In this document: piece by piece, positions 26,929 through 36,360 of the stretch | Layout: each line of letters starts with the position of its first letter | How positions within the stretch are numbered: position 1 is the first letter of the stretch | DNA from: Candidatus Geocrenenecus huangii | Lineage (GTDB): Archaea > Thermoproteota > Nitrososphaeria_A > Caldarchaeales > Wolframiiraptoraceae | Direction of reading: 5' to 3' | Length of the DNA stretch: 64,000 nt | Assembly: GCA_023254095.1 (NCBI GenBank) | Contig: JALNLM010000003.1 | Coordinates: 1-64,000, forward strand | Translations under genes and position numbers: made by a program | Notes under the pieces: generated by a model | What the model was told of the DNA's origin: nothing | Databases searched by the model: none | The model's input: the letters and a program-made list of their open reading frames with translations, nothing else

Positions 26929-28467
26929 GTGATCTCTATGGCTTGGAGAAGTGTTATCTCCAGAGAATATATTCTTCCAGAGAGGGTGGCGATCTTCGAT
27001 ACAACTCTTAGAGATGGTGAACAGACACCTGGAGTAGCATTAACGACAGACGCTAAGATAGAGATCGCGAAAGCCCTCGACGACCTAGGGGTAGACGTAA
27101 TCGAGCTAGGATTTCCAACGGTCTCTAAAGGTGAGGAAGAAGCTATAAAAAAGATAACTAGAGAGAACCTTAATTCGAAGACGTGTGTATTAGCTAGGGC
27201 GAACAAGCTAGATGTAGACAAAGCAATCGAATGCGATGTAGATTGGATACATATCTTCATCGCTACCTCCGATATTCATTTAAAATATAAGCTGAGGATG
27301 AGTAGAGAGGAAGTTATCGAGAAAGCGGTCAAGATCATAGAATACGCTAGAGACCACGACGTAGTAGTTCATTTCTCAGCTGAAGACGCTACTAGAACAG
27401 ACCTAGATTACCTTATAAGAATCTTTAAAGCGGTCGAGGAAGCAGGTGCGAACAGCATAGATATCCCGGATACAGTTGGATTCGCTGTTCCATCAGCTAT
27501 CAAGATAATAGTTTCAACTGTTAAGAAGAATATAGGAATCCCTATTGCTATACATTGCCACGACGACATGGGGTTAGCTGTTGCAAACTCTCTTACAGCA
27601 GTAGAGTCAGGGGCAGAAATAATACATGCGACCGTTAACGGTATAGGTGAGAGGGCCGGCAATACTTCTCTAGAAGAGGTCGCTGTTGCACTACATACTC
27701 TTTATGGGATCAGGACGAATATTAAATTAGAAAAGATATACGAAGTATCAAGACTCGTCGAGAAGCTTACCGGAATCATTGTTCCGAAGAATAAAGCAAT
27801 AGTCGGTGAGAACGCCTTCAGCCATGAAAGTGGAATACATGTTCACGGAGTTATATCTTCACCTCAAACATACGAGCCAATAGAGCCTGAGAAAGTGGGT
27901 AGGAGGAGGAAGATCATCCTCGGCAAGCATTCAGGAAAGCATTCAGTAGTAGAATTGGCTAGAAGATTCGGAGTGGAACTGACCGATGTCCAAGCAGAAG
28001 AGGTTCTAAGAGAGATAAAACATAGAGGAGACTTGGGTCAAAAGATCAGCGATGTACATTTCCTAGAGATCTTGACGAAGACCGCTAATACAGATGATTT
28101 TAATAGAAGAATAACTATCAGGAGTATCTCGATACATTCTTCTGAGAACACTTCTGTAGCTTTACTGCATCTAAACATTCTAGGAGAAAGCTATGTTCTA
28201 GCAGGTTATGGAAGGAGTGAGGTTGAAGCTTTACTGAATATCTATCGAGAATGCTTGAAGAAGACTTACGGGTTTAACATTAATGATTACAGAATTTGGT
28301 TATCTCCTAGCCCGCGGCTTTTCTCTGAATCCGAAATATCATTATCTAGAGATGGTGAAGAGATAGTTGGAAAAGGTGTCCATCTTTCTCCTTTGATAGC
28401 CTTTACACAAGCGTTAGTTAATGCTTTGAACCAGATAATGGAGAAGGAGGGACGGAAAAATGATTGA
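26929..28467 (+). CDS. leuA: 2-isopropylmalate synthase (LeuA/CimA family)
   Basis: DTTLRDGEQ, HCHDDMG, GERAGN, HESGIH and GKHSG motifs; heads the ilvB-ilvN-ilvC operon. Confidence 0.8.
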   Translation: MISMAWRSVISREYILPERVAIFDTTLRDGEQTPGVALTTDAKIEIAKALDDLGVDVIELGFPTVSKGEEEAIKKITRENLNSKTCVLARANKLDVDKAIECDVDWIHIFIATSDIHLKYKLRMSREEVIEKAVKIIEYARDHDVVVHFSAEDATRTDLDYLIRIFKAVEEAGANSIDIPDTVGFAVPSAIKIIVSTVKKNIGIPIAIHCHDDMGLAVANSLTAVESGAEIIHATVNGIGERAGNTSLEEVAVALHTLYGIRTNIKLEKIYEVSRLVEKLTGIIVPKNKAIVGENAFSHESGIHVHGVISSPQTYEPIEPEKVGRRRKIILGKHSGKHSVVELARRFGVELTDVQAEEVLREIKHRGDLGQKISDVHFLEILTKTANTDDFNRRITIRSISIHSSENTSVALLHLNILGESYVLAGYGRSEVEALLNIYRECLKKTYGFNINDYRIWLSPSPRLFSESEISLSRDGEEIVGKGVHLSPLIAFTQALVNALNQIMEKEGRKND

Positions 28468-30166
28468 GATCTCTGGTGCTAGAGCTTTAATTGAAAAATT
28501 GAGGAAACTAAAGATCGAAGTGATCTTCGGTATCCCCGGAGGAGCTATAATGCCTGTATACGATGAATTGAGAGATTCAGGTATCAGGCACATCCTAGCT
28601 AGACATGAACAACATGCAGCTCACATGGCCGACGGGTATGCTAGAGCAATCAAGAAGCCTGGAGTCTGCATGGCTACTTCAGGTCCGGGTTCTACAAACC
28701 TGATTACAGGAATTGCAAACGCGTACATGGATTCATCTCCTGTAGTGGCTTTCACAGGTCAGGTAACCATGTCGGCCATGGGTAGAGGAGCATTCCAAGA
28801 AACAGATATGGTTGGATTAACAACACCAATTACTAAGTGGAGTTATCAAGTAAGGTCTGTAAGGGAGATACCAAGCGTTGTGGAGACAGCTTTCCGGGTA
28901 GCTATATCTGGTAGACCCGGGCCGGTAGTAGTAGACCTTCCCAGAGATATCCAAGTCGGCTCTGGGAAAATCGATCTCGAGAAAAATTCTGTTCTGGCAA
29001 AGATCGTTAATCCCCCTCCACCCGATCCCCTTGTTGTTAAGCAGATTGTGAAAGAGTTACTCCAATCCGAGAGGCCTGTAATATTAGCTGGCGGAGGTGT
29101 TAAATGGGCTAGAGCTGAAAAACTCTTGCTACAGCTGGCGGAGACTCTACTCATACCCGTTGCAACTACTTTCATGGGTAAAGGGGTCATCCCTGAAATA
29201 CACCCACTATCTCTGAGATGCGTTGGTATGCATGGAAACCCGGTAGCCCATGAAGCATTGATGAACTCTGACTTGATACTAATCGTTGGAGCCAGACTTT
29301 CAGATAGAACAACATGTAAAGTTGATGAGTTCGGTCAACAAGCCAAAATAATACATATAGATGTTGACGCAGCGGAGATAGGAAAGAACAAGGAGGTACA
29401 CATAGGGTTAGTGGCCTCAGCCGATCAAGCTATTGAGGCAATCCTAGATGCTTTGCCGAAAATTCTGGAAAAAGAAAAAAAGAATAGATGGGTTGAGAAG
29501 ATAGAGAACATAAGAAGTAAGTGGAGTGAAATAATCGGAGATGATGGAGTCATCGGTAGGTCAGAGGTAGCTAAATTATTCAAAATCCTGAGGCAGGCCA
29601 CTCCACCAAACACTATCGTTACAACAGAGGTAGGCCAAAACCAGATGTGGTCATCATTGTTCTGGACAATACTTGAGCCGGATACATTCATTAGCTCTGG
29701 AGGTCTTGGAACGATGGGGTTCGGTTTACCGGCTGCCATAGGTGCGAAAGTAGCTAGACCTGAATGCCCCGTCATAGATATAGCTGGAGACGGAAGCTTC
29801 CTCATGAATGAGAATAACCTAGCCGTGGTAGCTACAGAAAACATCCCCGTCATCGTAATTGTACTCGATAACAGAATGCTCGGAATGGTCGCCCAGTGGC
29901 AGAGAATATTCTATAATAAAAGATACATGGCTGTTCAGTTTGCAGATACACCAGACTTCGTTAAGCTCGCAGAAGCATATGGTGTAGAAGGTGTAAGAGC
30001 TGAATCTCCAGAAGAACTTGGGAGAGCTGTCTCTAACGCCATTAGAAACAATACTCCAACAGTAGTCGACGTACCAGTTGATCCAGAAGCTGACGTCCTA
30101 CCCTTCGTTCCACCTGGTAGAAGCTTTAAAGACATAATAATTCCAGGAGGCTACGCTAAGAAATGA
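28460..30166 (+). CDS. ilvB: Acetolactate synthase large subunit
   Basis: FGIPGGA, RHEQ, TSGPG, GTMGFG and GDGSF..N (TPP-binding) motifs. Confidence 0.93.
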   Translation: MIEISGARALIEKLRKLKIEVIFGIPGGAIMPVYDELRDSGIRHILARHEQHAAHMADGYARAIKKPGVCMATSGPGSTNLITGIANAYMDSSPVVAFTGQVTMSAMGRGAFQETDMVGLTTPITKWSYQVRSVREIPSVVETAFRVAISGRPGPVVVDLPRDIQVGSGKIDLEKNSVLAKIVNPPPPDPLVVKQIVKELLQSERPVILAGGGVKWARAEKLLLQLAETLLIPVATTFMGKGVIPEIHPLSLRCVGMHGNPVAHEALMNSDLILIVGARLSDRTTCKVDEFGQQAKIIHIDVDAAEIGKNKEVHIGLVASADQAIEAILDALPKILEKEKKNRWVEKIENIRSKWSEIIGDDGVIGRSEVAKLFKILRQATPPNTIVTTEVGQNQMWSSLFWTILEPDTFISSGGLGTMGFGLPAAIGAKVARPECPVIDIAGDGSFLMNENNLAVVATENIPVIVIVLDNRMLGMVAQWQRIFYNKRYMAVQFADTPDFVKLAEAYGVEGVRAESPEELGRAVSNAIRNNTPTVVDVPVDPEADVLPFVPPGRSFKDIIIPGGYAKK

Positions 30167-30450
30167 GCAACGGAAATCTCGATAGGAATTTTCTTATATG
30201 TGGTTTAGTGTTAGACCAGCCGAACATCGTAGAGAAGATTGCTGGAACGGTTAGACGTTCACCTACACTATACCAGCTCATTAGACTATACTATGGTCCG
30301 AGTGGAGAAGATGGGAAAGCATTATTCTATGTTGAAGTAAAATCTAACGAGAAGAATGCTGAGAGGCTTGTTAAGCTCTATGAAGGCTATGCTGAGGTTT
30401 TGAAAGTTTGGTGGAAGGAGATAAACCTAGAAAATTTTTATAATAGGTAG
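30163..30450 (+). CDS. ACT-like small subunit of acetolactate synthase (divergent)
   Basis: Lies between ilvB and ilvC with an ATGA overlap; ACT-sized (DQPNIVEKIAG...VLKV). Confidence 0.6.
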   Translation: MSNGNLDRNFLICGLVLDQPNIVEKIAGTVRRSPTLYQLIRLYYGPSGEDGKALFYVEVKSNEKNAERLVKLYEGYAEVLKVWWKEINLENFYNR

Positions 30451-30466
30451 GTGAATTAGGATAGGC

Positions 30467-31450
30467 ATGGTTAGAGTTTGGAGAGATAATGAAATCGACA
30501 CGAGCATCTTGGAGAATCAAGTTATCGCGGTGATCGGTTACGGTAGCCAGGGTAGAGCTCAAGCCCTTAACATGAGAGATTCAGGATTAGACGTAGTCGT
30601 CGGAGTTAGAAAAGAGGGAGAATCATGGAGAAAAGCATTACAAGATAATGTAAGAGTTAAGAGTATAGATGAAGCGGCGAGGGAGGCAGATATAGTTCAT
30701 CTCCTCATACCTGACACAGAGCAGCCGAAAGTCTACAAAGAATACGTCGAGCCATACCTGAAGCCTGGGAAAACCCTCGGATTCTCTCATGGATACAATT
30801 TCCACTATAAGCTCATCGACCCCCCACAGGGAGTAGACGTTATAATGGTTGCACCTAAGGGGCCAGGCCCTATCGTACGTGAAATGTATCTTAAGGGTGA
30901 TGGCGTCCCAGCGCTAGTCGCTGTTGGAAGAGACTTCTCTGGAAAAGCTCTAATGAAAGCTTTAGCGATGGCGAAGTCGATAGGCGCTGCTAGAAAAGGA
31001 GTAATAGAGACAACTTTCAGAGAAGAGACAGAGACAGACTTGCTTGGAGAACAAGCTGTACTCGTAGGCGGTGTCATGGAGTTGATAAAGAAGGGGTTCG
31101 AGATACTTGTAGAGAATGGATATCAACCTGAAGTTGCTTATTTCGAAGTTTGTAATGAGTTAAAGCTTATAGTAGACTTGATCTATAGAGGCGGATTGAC
31201 AGAGATGCTTAGATCTGTATCTGATACTGCTAAGTATGGTGGGTTACTGATCGGGCCACGTATAGTCGACGAGCATGTTAAGAAGAATATGTTGAAGGCT
31301 CTTGAAGATATTAGAAGTGGGAGTTTCGAGAAGATGTGGACTGGAAACCCGAAGGCTAGAGAGACCTTAAAGAAGAAGATGGAGGAGATCTCAGAGCATC
31401 CTCTCGAAATAGTTGGGAGACAGGTCAGAAGATTATTCGAGACCAAGTAA
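30467..31450 (+). CDS. ilvC: Ketol-acid reductoisomerase
   Basis: [27 protein letters not shown] and SDTAKYG motifs. Confidence 0.95.
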   Translation: MVRVWRDNEIDTSILENQVIAVIGYGSQGRAQALNMRDSGLDVVVGVRKEGESWRKALQDNVRVKSIDEAAREADIVHLLIPDTEQPKVYKEYVEPYLKPGKTLGFSHGYNFHYKLIDPPQGVDVIMVAPKGPGPIVREMYLKGDGVPALVAVGRDFSGKALMKALAMAKSIGAARKGVIETTFREETETDLLGEQAVLVGGVMELIKKGFEILVENGYQPEVAYFEVCNELKLIVDLIYRGGLTEMLRSVSDTAKYGGLLIGPRIVDEHVKKNMLKALEDIRSGSFEKMWTGNPKARETLKKKMEEISEHPLEIVGRQVRRLFETK

Positions 31451-31492
31451 ATCTATCCTTACATATCTTATGTAAACGTCTACTGGAGAAGC

Positions 31493-32194
31493 CTAGAAGC
31501 CATCAATCTTAGATTGCTGAGAACCTACATCCTCCCCGTATTTCGCGTTTATCAAATCATATATCTTCATACTCTTCTGTAAAGAGATCTTCCCAGCTAT
31601 CGATAAGATATTAGGTTCAGCGTTGAATACGCCTCTCAAACTTCCCAAAGCTCTTAGCAACCGTTTAGCGGTTGCAGGACCTACTCCAGGGAGAGATGTT
31701 AAGACCTGTATCTGTAGTTCGTTTATCGTGGCCTTCTTCCTTTTAGGCTTAACCCAGACGTCTTCTTCTGTCCCCTTCTTCCTTTTAGAAATCACGGTAA
31801 TCAATGAGGCTGTATCTTCAGCGGACTCTGTGAAGAAGGTTTTTACGTTGAAATCGTACAATAAGCTCGCTAATGCTCCCCAGAACGCATTAGCATTCTC
31901 AAAGTATGCTAAGCCATTCTTAATTCTCCCCTCTATTATGAAGGTTGGGTTACTAGATGCTTTAGAAAGATTTAATGCTTGTTCGAATAATCTACCGTCA
32001 AGAATAGATGAGATGAAATCGTTAATTGTTTTTCTCTCTATTAATATGCCCCCAAGCAGGGCATAGTCTCCGACTTCTAACATGTCGAACCTGACGCTTA
32101 ACCCACGTTTTATCAATAGTGAGGGGACGTCAGACCGCTCTTCTCTTCGATCGACTATCACTACCCCCGGCTTAATCACCCTCACTTCTTTCAA
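31493..32194 (-). CDS. xpf: Short XPF/ERCC4 structure-specific endonuclease
   Basis: VDRRE, GDY, ERKT..DF..S..DGRLFEQ, HhH motif LPGVG and C-terminal PIP QSKIDGF. Confidence 0.9.
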   Translation of the reverse strand: MKEVRVIKPGVVIVDRREERSDVPSLLIKRGLSVRFDMLEVGDYALLGGILIERKTINDFISSILDGRLFEQALNLSKASSNPTFIIEGRIKNGLAYFENANAFWGALASLLYDFNVKTFFTESAEDTASLITVISKRKKGTEEDVWVKPKRKKATINELQIQVLTSLPGVGPATAKRLLRALGSLRGVFNAEPNILSIAGKISLQKSMKIYDLINAKYGEDVGSQQSKIDGF

Positions 32195-32312
32195 GACTCT
32201 AACCTAAAAGCTATCTACTACATAATCTAATATATACTCATATCTTCAGAATGCCTAAATATGTTAGCTCATCTCCCTACAAGAATACTTAGTTGGAGAA
32301 ATGCATTGAGGG

Positions 32313-33086
32313 TTACGGAATATTTAACTTAACAAATAATTTAACGTAAATTGCTAGAGTGAACAATGTAATCGAGATCGACAATACCGTCAGGTCTCTC
32401 TTCGTCATCTTCAATTCTCTGAGGTATGTTCGATTTTTCTTGGCTCCGAAGCATTTCACTTCTATTGCTTCTGCAAGTTCATACGATCTCCTCAAAACGT
32501 TTACCATTAATGGGATGAGTATTGGGATATATCTTCTCAGCCTGGTTATCATGTTCCCCTTCTCCAGCTCCAGCCCCCTACTCTTCTGCGCATCTATTAT
32601 TGATTGGAGTTCTTCTGCAAGAATCGGAGTGAACCTTATGGCTGAGATAAATGCGAAAGTATACATATACGGTACCTTCATCTTTGTTAGCGCCATCCCT
32701 AGTTCTTCGGGGGTTGTGGTTAAGAAGAAGATCGAGAAGGATGCTAGAAAGGCTACGAGCCTGTATGCTAGTTGGAGAGCTTCGTAGATACTCTGAAAAC
32801 CGAGAGATTGCCCAGGCATGGAGAGCTTGAATAAGACGTTCAGTAAGAATACGAGGATTATCAGGGGGGCTGCTCCATAAACTGTTCTAGCCCATCTACT
32901 GAAAACCTTAGCTATGATGGATAATAGAGCCTCAACCGCTACTACTATCGTTATTATCGTTACTTCTAGATAAATGGCCGCCGTCATCATGAGTAGAAGT
33001 GATATCACTAGCTTAACTCTCGGGTCAAGCTTATGGATTACAGTCTTCCCGGGATAGAATTGGAGACCCCTAAGAATGGTTGACAA
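32313..33086 (-). CDS. ecfT: ECF transporter T component
   Basis: HKLDPRVK, RFTP, AQKSRG and AIEVKCF motifs. Confidence 0.88.
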   Translation of the reverse strand: MSTILRGLQFYPGKTVIHKLDPRVKLVISLLLMMTAAIYLEVTIITIVVAVEALLSIIAKVFSRWARTVYGAAPLIILVFLLNVLFKLSMPGQSLGFQSIYEALQLAYRLVAFLASFSIFFLTTTPEELGMALTKMKVPYMYTFAFISAIRFTPILAEELQSIIDAQKSRGLELEKGNMITRLRRYIPILIPLMVNVLRRSYELAEAIEVKCFGAKKNRTYLRELKMTKRDLTVLSISITLFTLAIYVKLFVKLNIP

Positions 33087-33087
33087 C

Positions 33088-33912
33088 TCACTTCAACCTC
33101 CTGGCAATCTCGACAGCTATCTCTTCAGGTCCTGCTAGCTTAGGCCTAATACCTAGGAAATCTAGCCTAGATGTTAATGAGACTATCTGGGGTGGAAGCA
33201 GACTGCATTCTTGAAGTAACGGGATATCGGTTAAGACTTCCTCCGCCGGCCCATCCTTGACAATTCTACCTTTACTCATTAGAATTATTCTAGGTTTAAT
33301 ATCCGCGATGAACTCGACATCATGGGAAGATATGATTATTGTCTTTCCCTGCTGATTAGCTTGTCTTATAATCTGTATCATCTTCTCTTTCTGGAGTATA
33401 TCCTGCCCAACTGTAGGCTCATCTAGAGCAACAACTTCAGGAGACCACGCAAGGATTATCGCTAGGGCCAGTCTCTTCTTCTCTCCTCCACTAAGGAGGA
33501 AAGGAGACTTATCTCTATATTCTTCAAGCTCCATGAACTTTAAAGCCCATCCAACTCTCTTCTGTATAATATCCTCCGGGTATCTGAAGTTATTTAATGC
33601 AAAAGCTATCTCTTCATAGATTGTTGGGGAGAAGAACATTTCTTCAGCATTTTGGAAAACTATTCCAACTTTTCTTGAGAGAGAGGCCACAGTTGTACGT
33701 CTAGTATCTACTCCGTCTACTAATACTCTTCCAGAAAAAGGTTTAAGTAAGCCATTCAAATGCTTCAGTAACGTTGTCTTCCCCGCACCATTCTCACCCA
33801 TTAATGCAACAATTTCTCCTGACTCTATCTCTAGGTTGACTCCGCGAAGCGCCTTGAACCCGTTGGGATACACGTATTCTACATTCTCGAAGACTATCAT
33901 TAATTTCTCCAC
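33088..33912 (-). CDS. ecfA2: ECF transporter ATPase
   Basis: GENGAGKT, LSGGEKKR and LDEPTVGQD motifs. Confidence 0.88.
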   Translation of the reverse strand: MEKLMIVFENVEYVYPNGFKALRGVNLEIESGEIVALMGENGAGKTTLLKHLNGLLKPFSGRVLVDGVDTRRTTVASLSRKVGIVFQNAEEMFFSPTIYEEIAFALNNFRYPEDIIQKRVGWALKFMELEEYRDKSPFLLSGGEKKRLALAIILAWSPEVVALDEPTVGQDILQKEKMIQIIRQANQQGKTIIISSHDVEFIADIKPRIILMSKGRIVKDGPAEEVLTDIPLLQECSLLPPQIVSLTSRLDFLGIRPKLAGPEEIAVEIARRLK

Positions 33913-34748
33913 CTGCGTAGAATCTCTACAAATTCTTCAACTGAAAGAGGGACCACATGATTAAATGAATATCCTAGAGACTTCTTTAACTGTGTTGCAA
34001 CTTTAACTATCCTCGGGACAGACACTCCATATGGCATTACATCATGCTTATCCAGTACTTCTCTAGGTTTACCGTCTAGAACTATTCTTCCATCATCTAT
34101 TACGATCATACGGGAAGCATATGGTAGGAGCAGATCGAGGCGGTGTTCTGCTATCAATATAGTTATCTTGTATTTCTGGTTTAAACTTATTATTGTATCT
34201 ATCAATTGTTTGGCTGAGAATGGGTCGAGAGAGCTTGTAGGTTCATCTAGCAGGAGTATCTGTGGACGCATAGCTAGGATAGATGCGATCGCTACTTTTT
34301 GTTTCTGACCTCCTGACAATTCTAGCGAAGACTTATCTCTTAATTCTTCTATACCCATAACTCTTAAGGCCCAGTCTACCCTCTCCCTGATCTCTTCCTT
34401 CGGGATCGATAGATTCTCTAAAGCGAACGCTATATCGGCTTCTACTGTTAAGGCAAATAATTGATTGTCTGGATTCTGGAACACCATACCAGCATACTGG
34501 GATAGGATATACGTCGGGTTTTCACGAGTATCGAGACCGCATACTTCTACCTTACCAATCATTTCGCCTTCATAGAAGTGGGGGATCAAACCATTGAAGC
34601 ATCTCATGAGGGTTGATTTACCACATCCACTTCTACCTGCAAGTACGACGAATTCGCCTTCATTTATCTCTATGTTGACTTCTCTTATCGCCCATTCACT
34701 ACTTCCACTATACTTAAACCATAGATTGCTACTCTTTATGATCGTCAA
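33900..34748 (-). CDS. ecfA1: ECF transporter ATPase
   Basis: GRSGCGKST, FQNPDNQ, LSGGQKQK and LDEPT motifs. Confidence 0.88.
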   Translation of the reverse strand: MTIIKSSNLWFKYSGSSEWAIREVNIEINEGEFVVLAGRSGCGKSTLMRCFNGLIPHFYEGEMIGKVEVCGLDTRENPTYILSQYAGMVFQNPDNQLFALTVEADIAFALENLSIPKEEIRERVDWALRVMGIEELRDKSSLELSGGQKQKVAIASILAMRPQILLLDEPTSSLDPFSAKQLIDTIISLNQKYKITILIAEHRLDLLLPYASRMIVIDDGRIVLDGKPREVLDKHDVMPYGVSVPRIVKVATQLKKSLGYSFNHVVPLSVEEFVEILRRWRN

Positions 34749-35764
34749 GCTTCCAGCACCTCCGGATTTATACCTAACCTATTTTTCAATTCATCTACGA
34801 GGTATTCAGCTAATTCTTCTATAGATGCATTACATTCAAGGTGAGCCGCTGAAGCGTGGCCTCCTCCATACCCTCCAAACTTTACCCCTATTCTCCCAGC
34901 CAGGTCTATGCTTAAGTTTATCTTGGTCTGTTCTATAAAGTCTTGAGATGCTCGCATAGAGGCAGCCACTCTCGATTTATCTACTTCACCTATCGCTATT
35001 GCGAGATGTGCGCCTAGATTGATTAGAGACCTAGCTACAGAGCTTTGGAATTTCCCTACATTCGTAATTACTACCAGCCAGTCTCTAAACCTGTATATCT
35101 TCATCCTTGAAGCTCCCTTCAATCTCGCTATCCTCTCTGAAGTATCTACTGTCTGCTCTAGTTTAGCTAAGATGCTATTCAAGATTATCCCTTTACTGAT
35201 CAATCTACATATCTTGCTAGAGGTATCTAGGTCTGCTATTGAGAATCTTACGGTATCGTAGTATAACCCTATTAGTATAGCTTCCGCATCTCTTAATTCT
35301 AGTTGATAACCAAGGTATTCGGCTAGGTCGTAAATGACCTCTGTCACAGATTGATAACGTTCACTAGAGTATACTTTCACGTTAGGTGAATAACGATTAA
35401 CCGTATCCGAGTGATGGTCTATCACTATAACGTATTTATCTCCTCTAGAAATGACCTCAAAGTATTCATCCAACTGTTCAGGCGACCCTGCATCAACCAC
35501 AATATATGCATCTACATCCTCGACATTCTGGGTTAGCCCGATCCCGAAGTATTCTATTAGAGCTTTAACATGAGCTGTAGGGGAGCCTGGAACATCTATC
35601 CATACATTACCTACATTATAGATTTCTTTCAATAATTTTCTTAGAAAGTACGCTGAGCAGATTGAGTCCGGATCGCCGCCTGAATGGGTTAGAATAAATA
35701 CTTTATGCCTGCTAAGTTGATTTAACTCTCTGTCGAGAAGAGAGATAAGTATTTCATCTCTCAT
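34745..35764 (-). CDS. DHH-family phosphoesterase
   Basis: THSGGDPDS, VVDA, IDHH, DT and GGGHASAA motifs. Confidence 0.88.
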   Translation of the reverse strand: MRDEILISLLDRELNQLSRHKVFILTHSGGDPDSICSAYFLRKLLKEIYNVGNVWIDVPGSPTAHVKALIEYFGIGLTQNVEDVDAYIVVDAGSPEQLDEYFEVISRGDKYVIVIDHHSDTVNRYSPNVKVYSSERYQSVTEVIYDLAEYLGYQLELRDAEAILIGLYYDTVRFSIADLDTSSKICRLISKGIILNSILAKLEQTVDTSERIARLKGASRMKIYRFRDWLVVITNVGKFQSSVARSLINLGAHLAIAIGEVDKSRVAASMRASQDFIEQTKINLSIDLAGRIGVKFGGYGGGHASAAHLECNASIEELAEYLVDELKNRLGINPEVLEA

Positions 35765-35767
35765 TTT

Positions 35768-36151
35768 CTACGAGGTCTTCTTCTCCGCGAGAGCTGACTG
35801 TATTTCTTTCTGTAATGTATCGAGCTGGCTTCTAGTCCTCTGTTCTTGTTTCTCCAAGATCTTTAATCTCGTTTCCGCGAGTTCTTTCTTTTCACTGAGT
35901 TCCTGCACAAGTTTATCACGCGAAGACTGTACCAACACTGGACCAACAGCTTTGTATACAGTTGCCGTATCTGAAACTTTCTCTAATTCTTGTAGTGCAT
36001 TCTTGACCTCGAATAATTCTGTTTCAAGTCTCTGTCTCTCAACTAATATTACGTTCAAGGTTTGTTGAAGCTGCTGCAATCTTAGGATCTGCTGTTGCAA
36101 GCTCGGAGGCAGCTCCCCTTCTCTAACCGCCAACACTATCCCCTCCCACAA
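35768..36151 (-). CDS. pfdB: Prefoldin beta subunit
   Basis: ELPPSLQQQILRLQQLQQ...VYKAVGPVLV. Confidence 0.92.
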   Translation of the reverse strand: MWEGIVLAVREGELPPSLQQQILRLQQLQQTLNVILVERQRLETELFEVKNALQELEKVSDTATVYKAVGPVLVQSSRDKLVQELSEKKELAETRLKILEKQEQRTRSQLDTLQKEIQSALAEKKTS

Positions 36152-36300
36152 TAATGAAAATCAAAGAGAATTTATAATTATTGTTTTTCCCATCTCCATC
36201 CTACTCTAACTTGATGGAGAACGTCTCCCAAACTCACTCAAAGATTCAGACTAGAAATTCTCATTAGTTTTAAGAGTAGTCTCTGTTTGACGGAATAATG

Positions 36301-36360
36301 GGAAAAAGTTATATAAGAGGAGGGGACTGAATTCAATAAGTATTTCAAGGGGGGAACTGA
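36301..36360 (+). promoter_or_regulatory. BRE/TATA promoter and G-rich SD upstream of citramalate synthase, with a short direct repeat
   Basis: GGAAAAAG-TTATATAA at 36301-36316. GGGGACTGAAT (36322) and GGGGAACTGAAT (36351) form a direct repeat. Confidence 0.55.
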
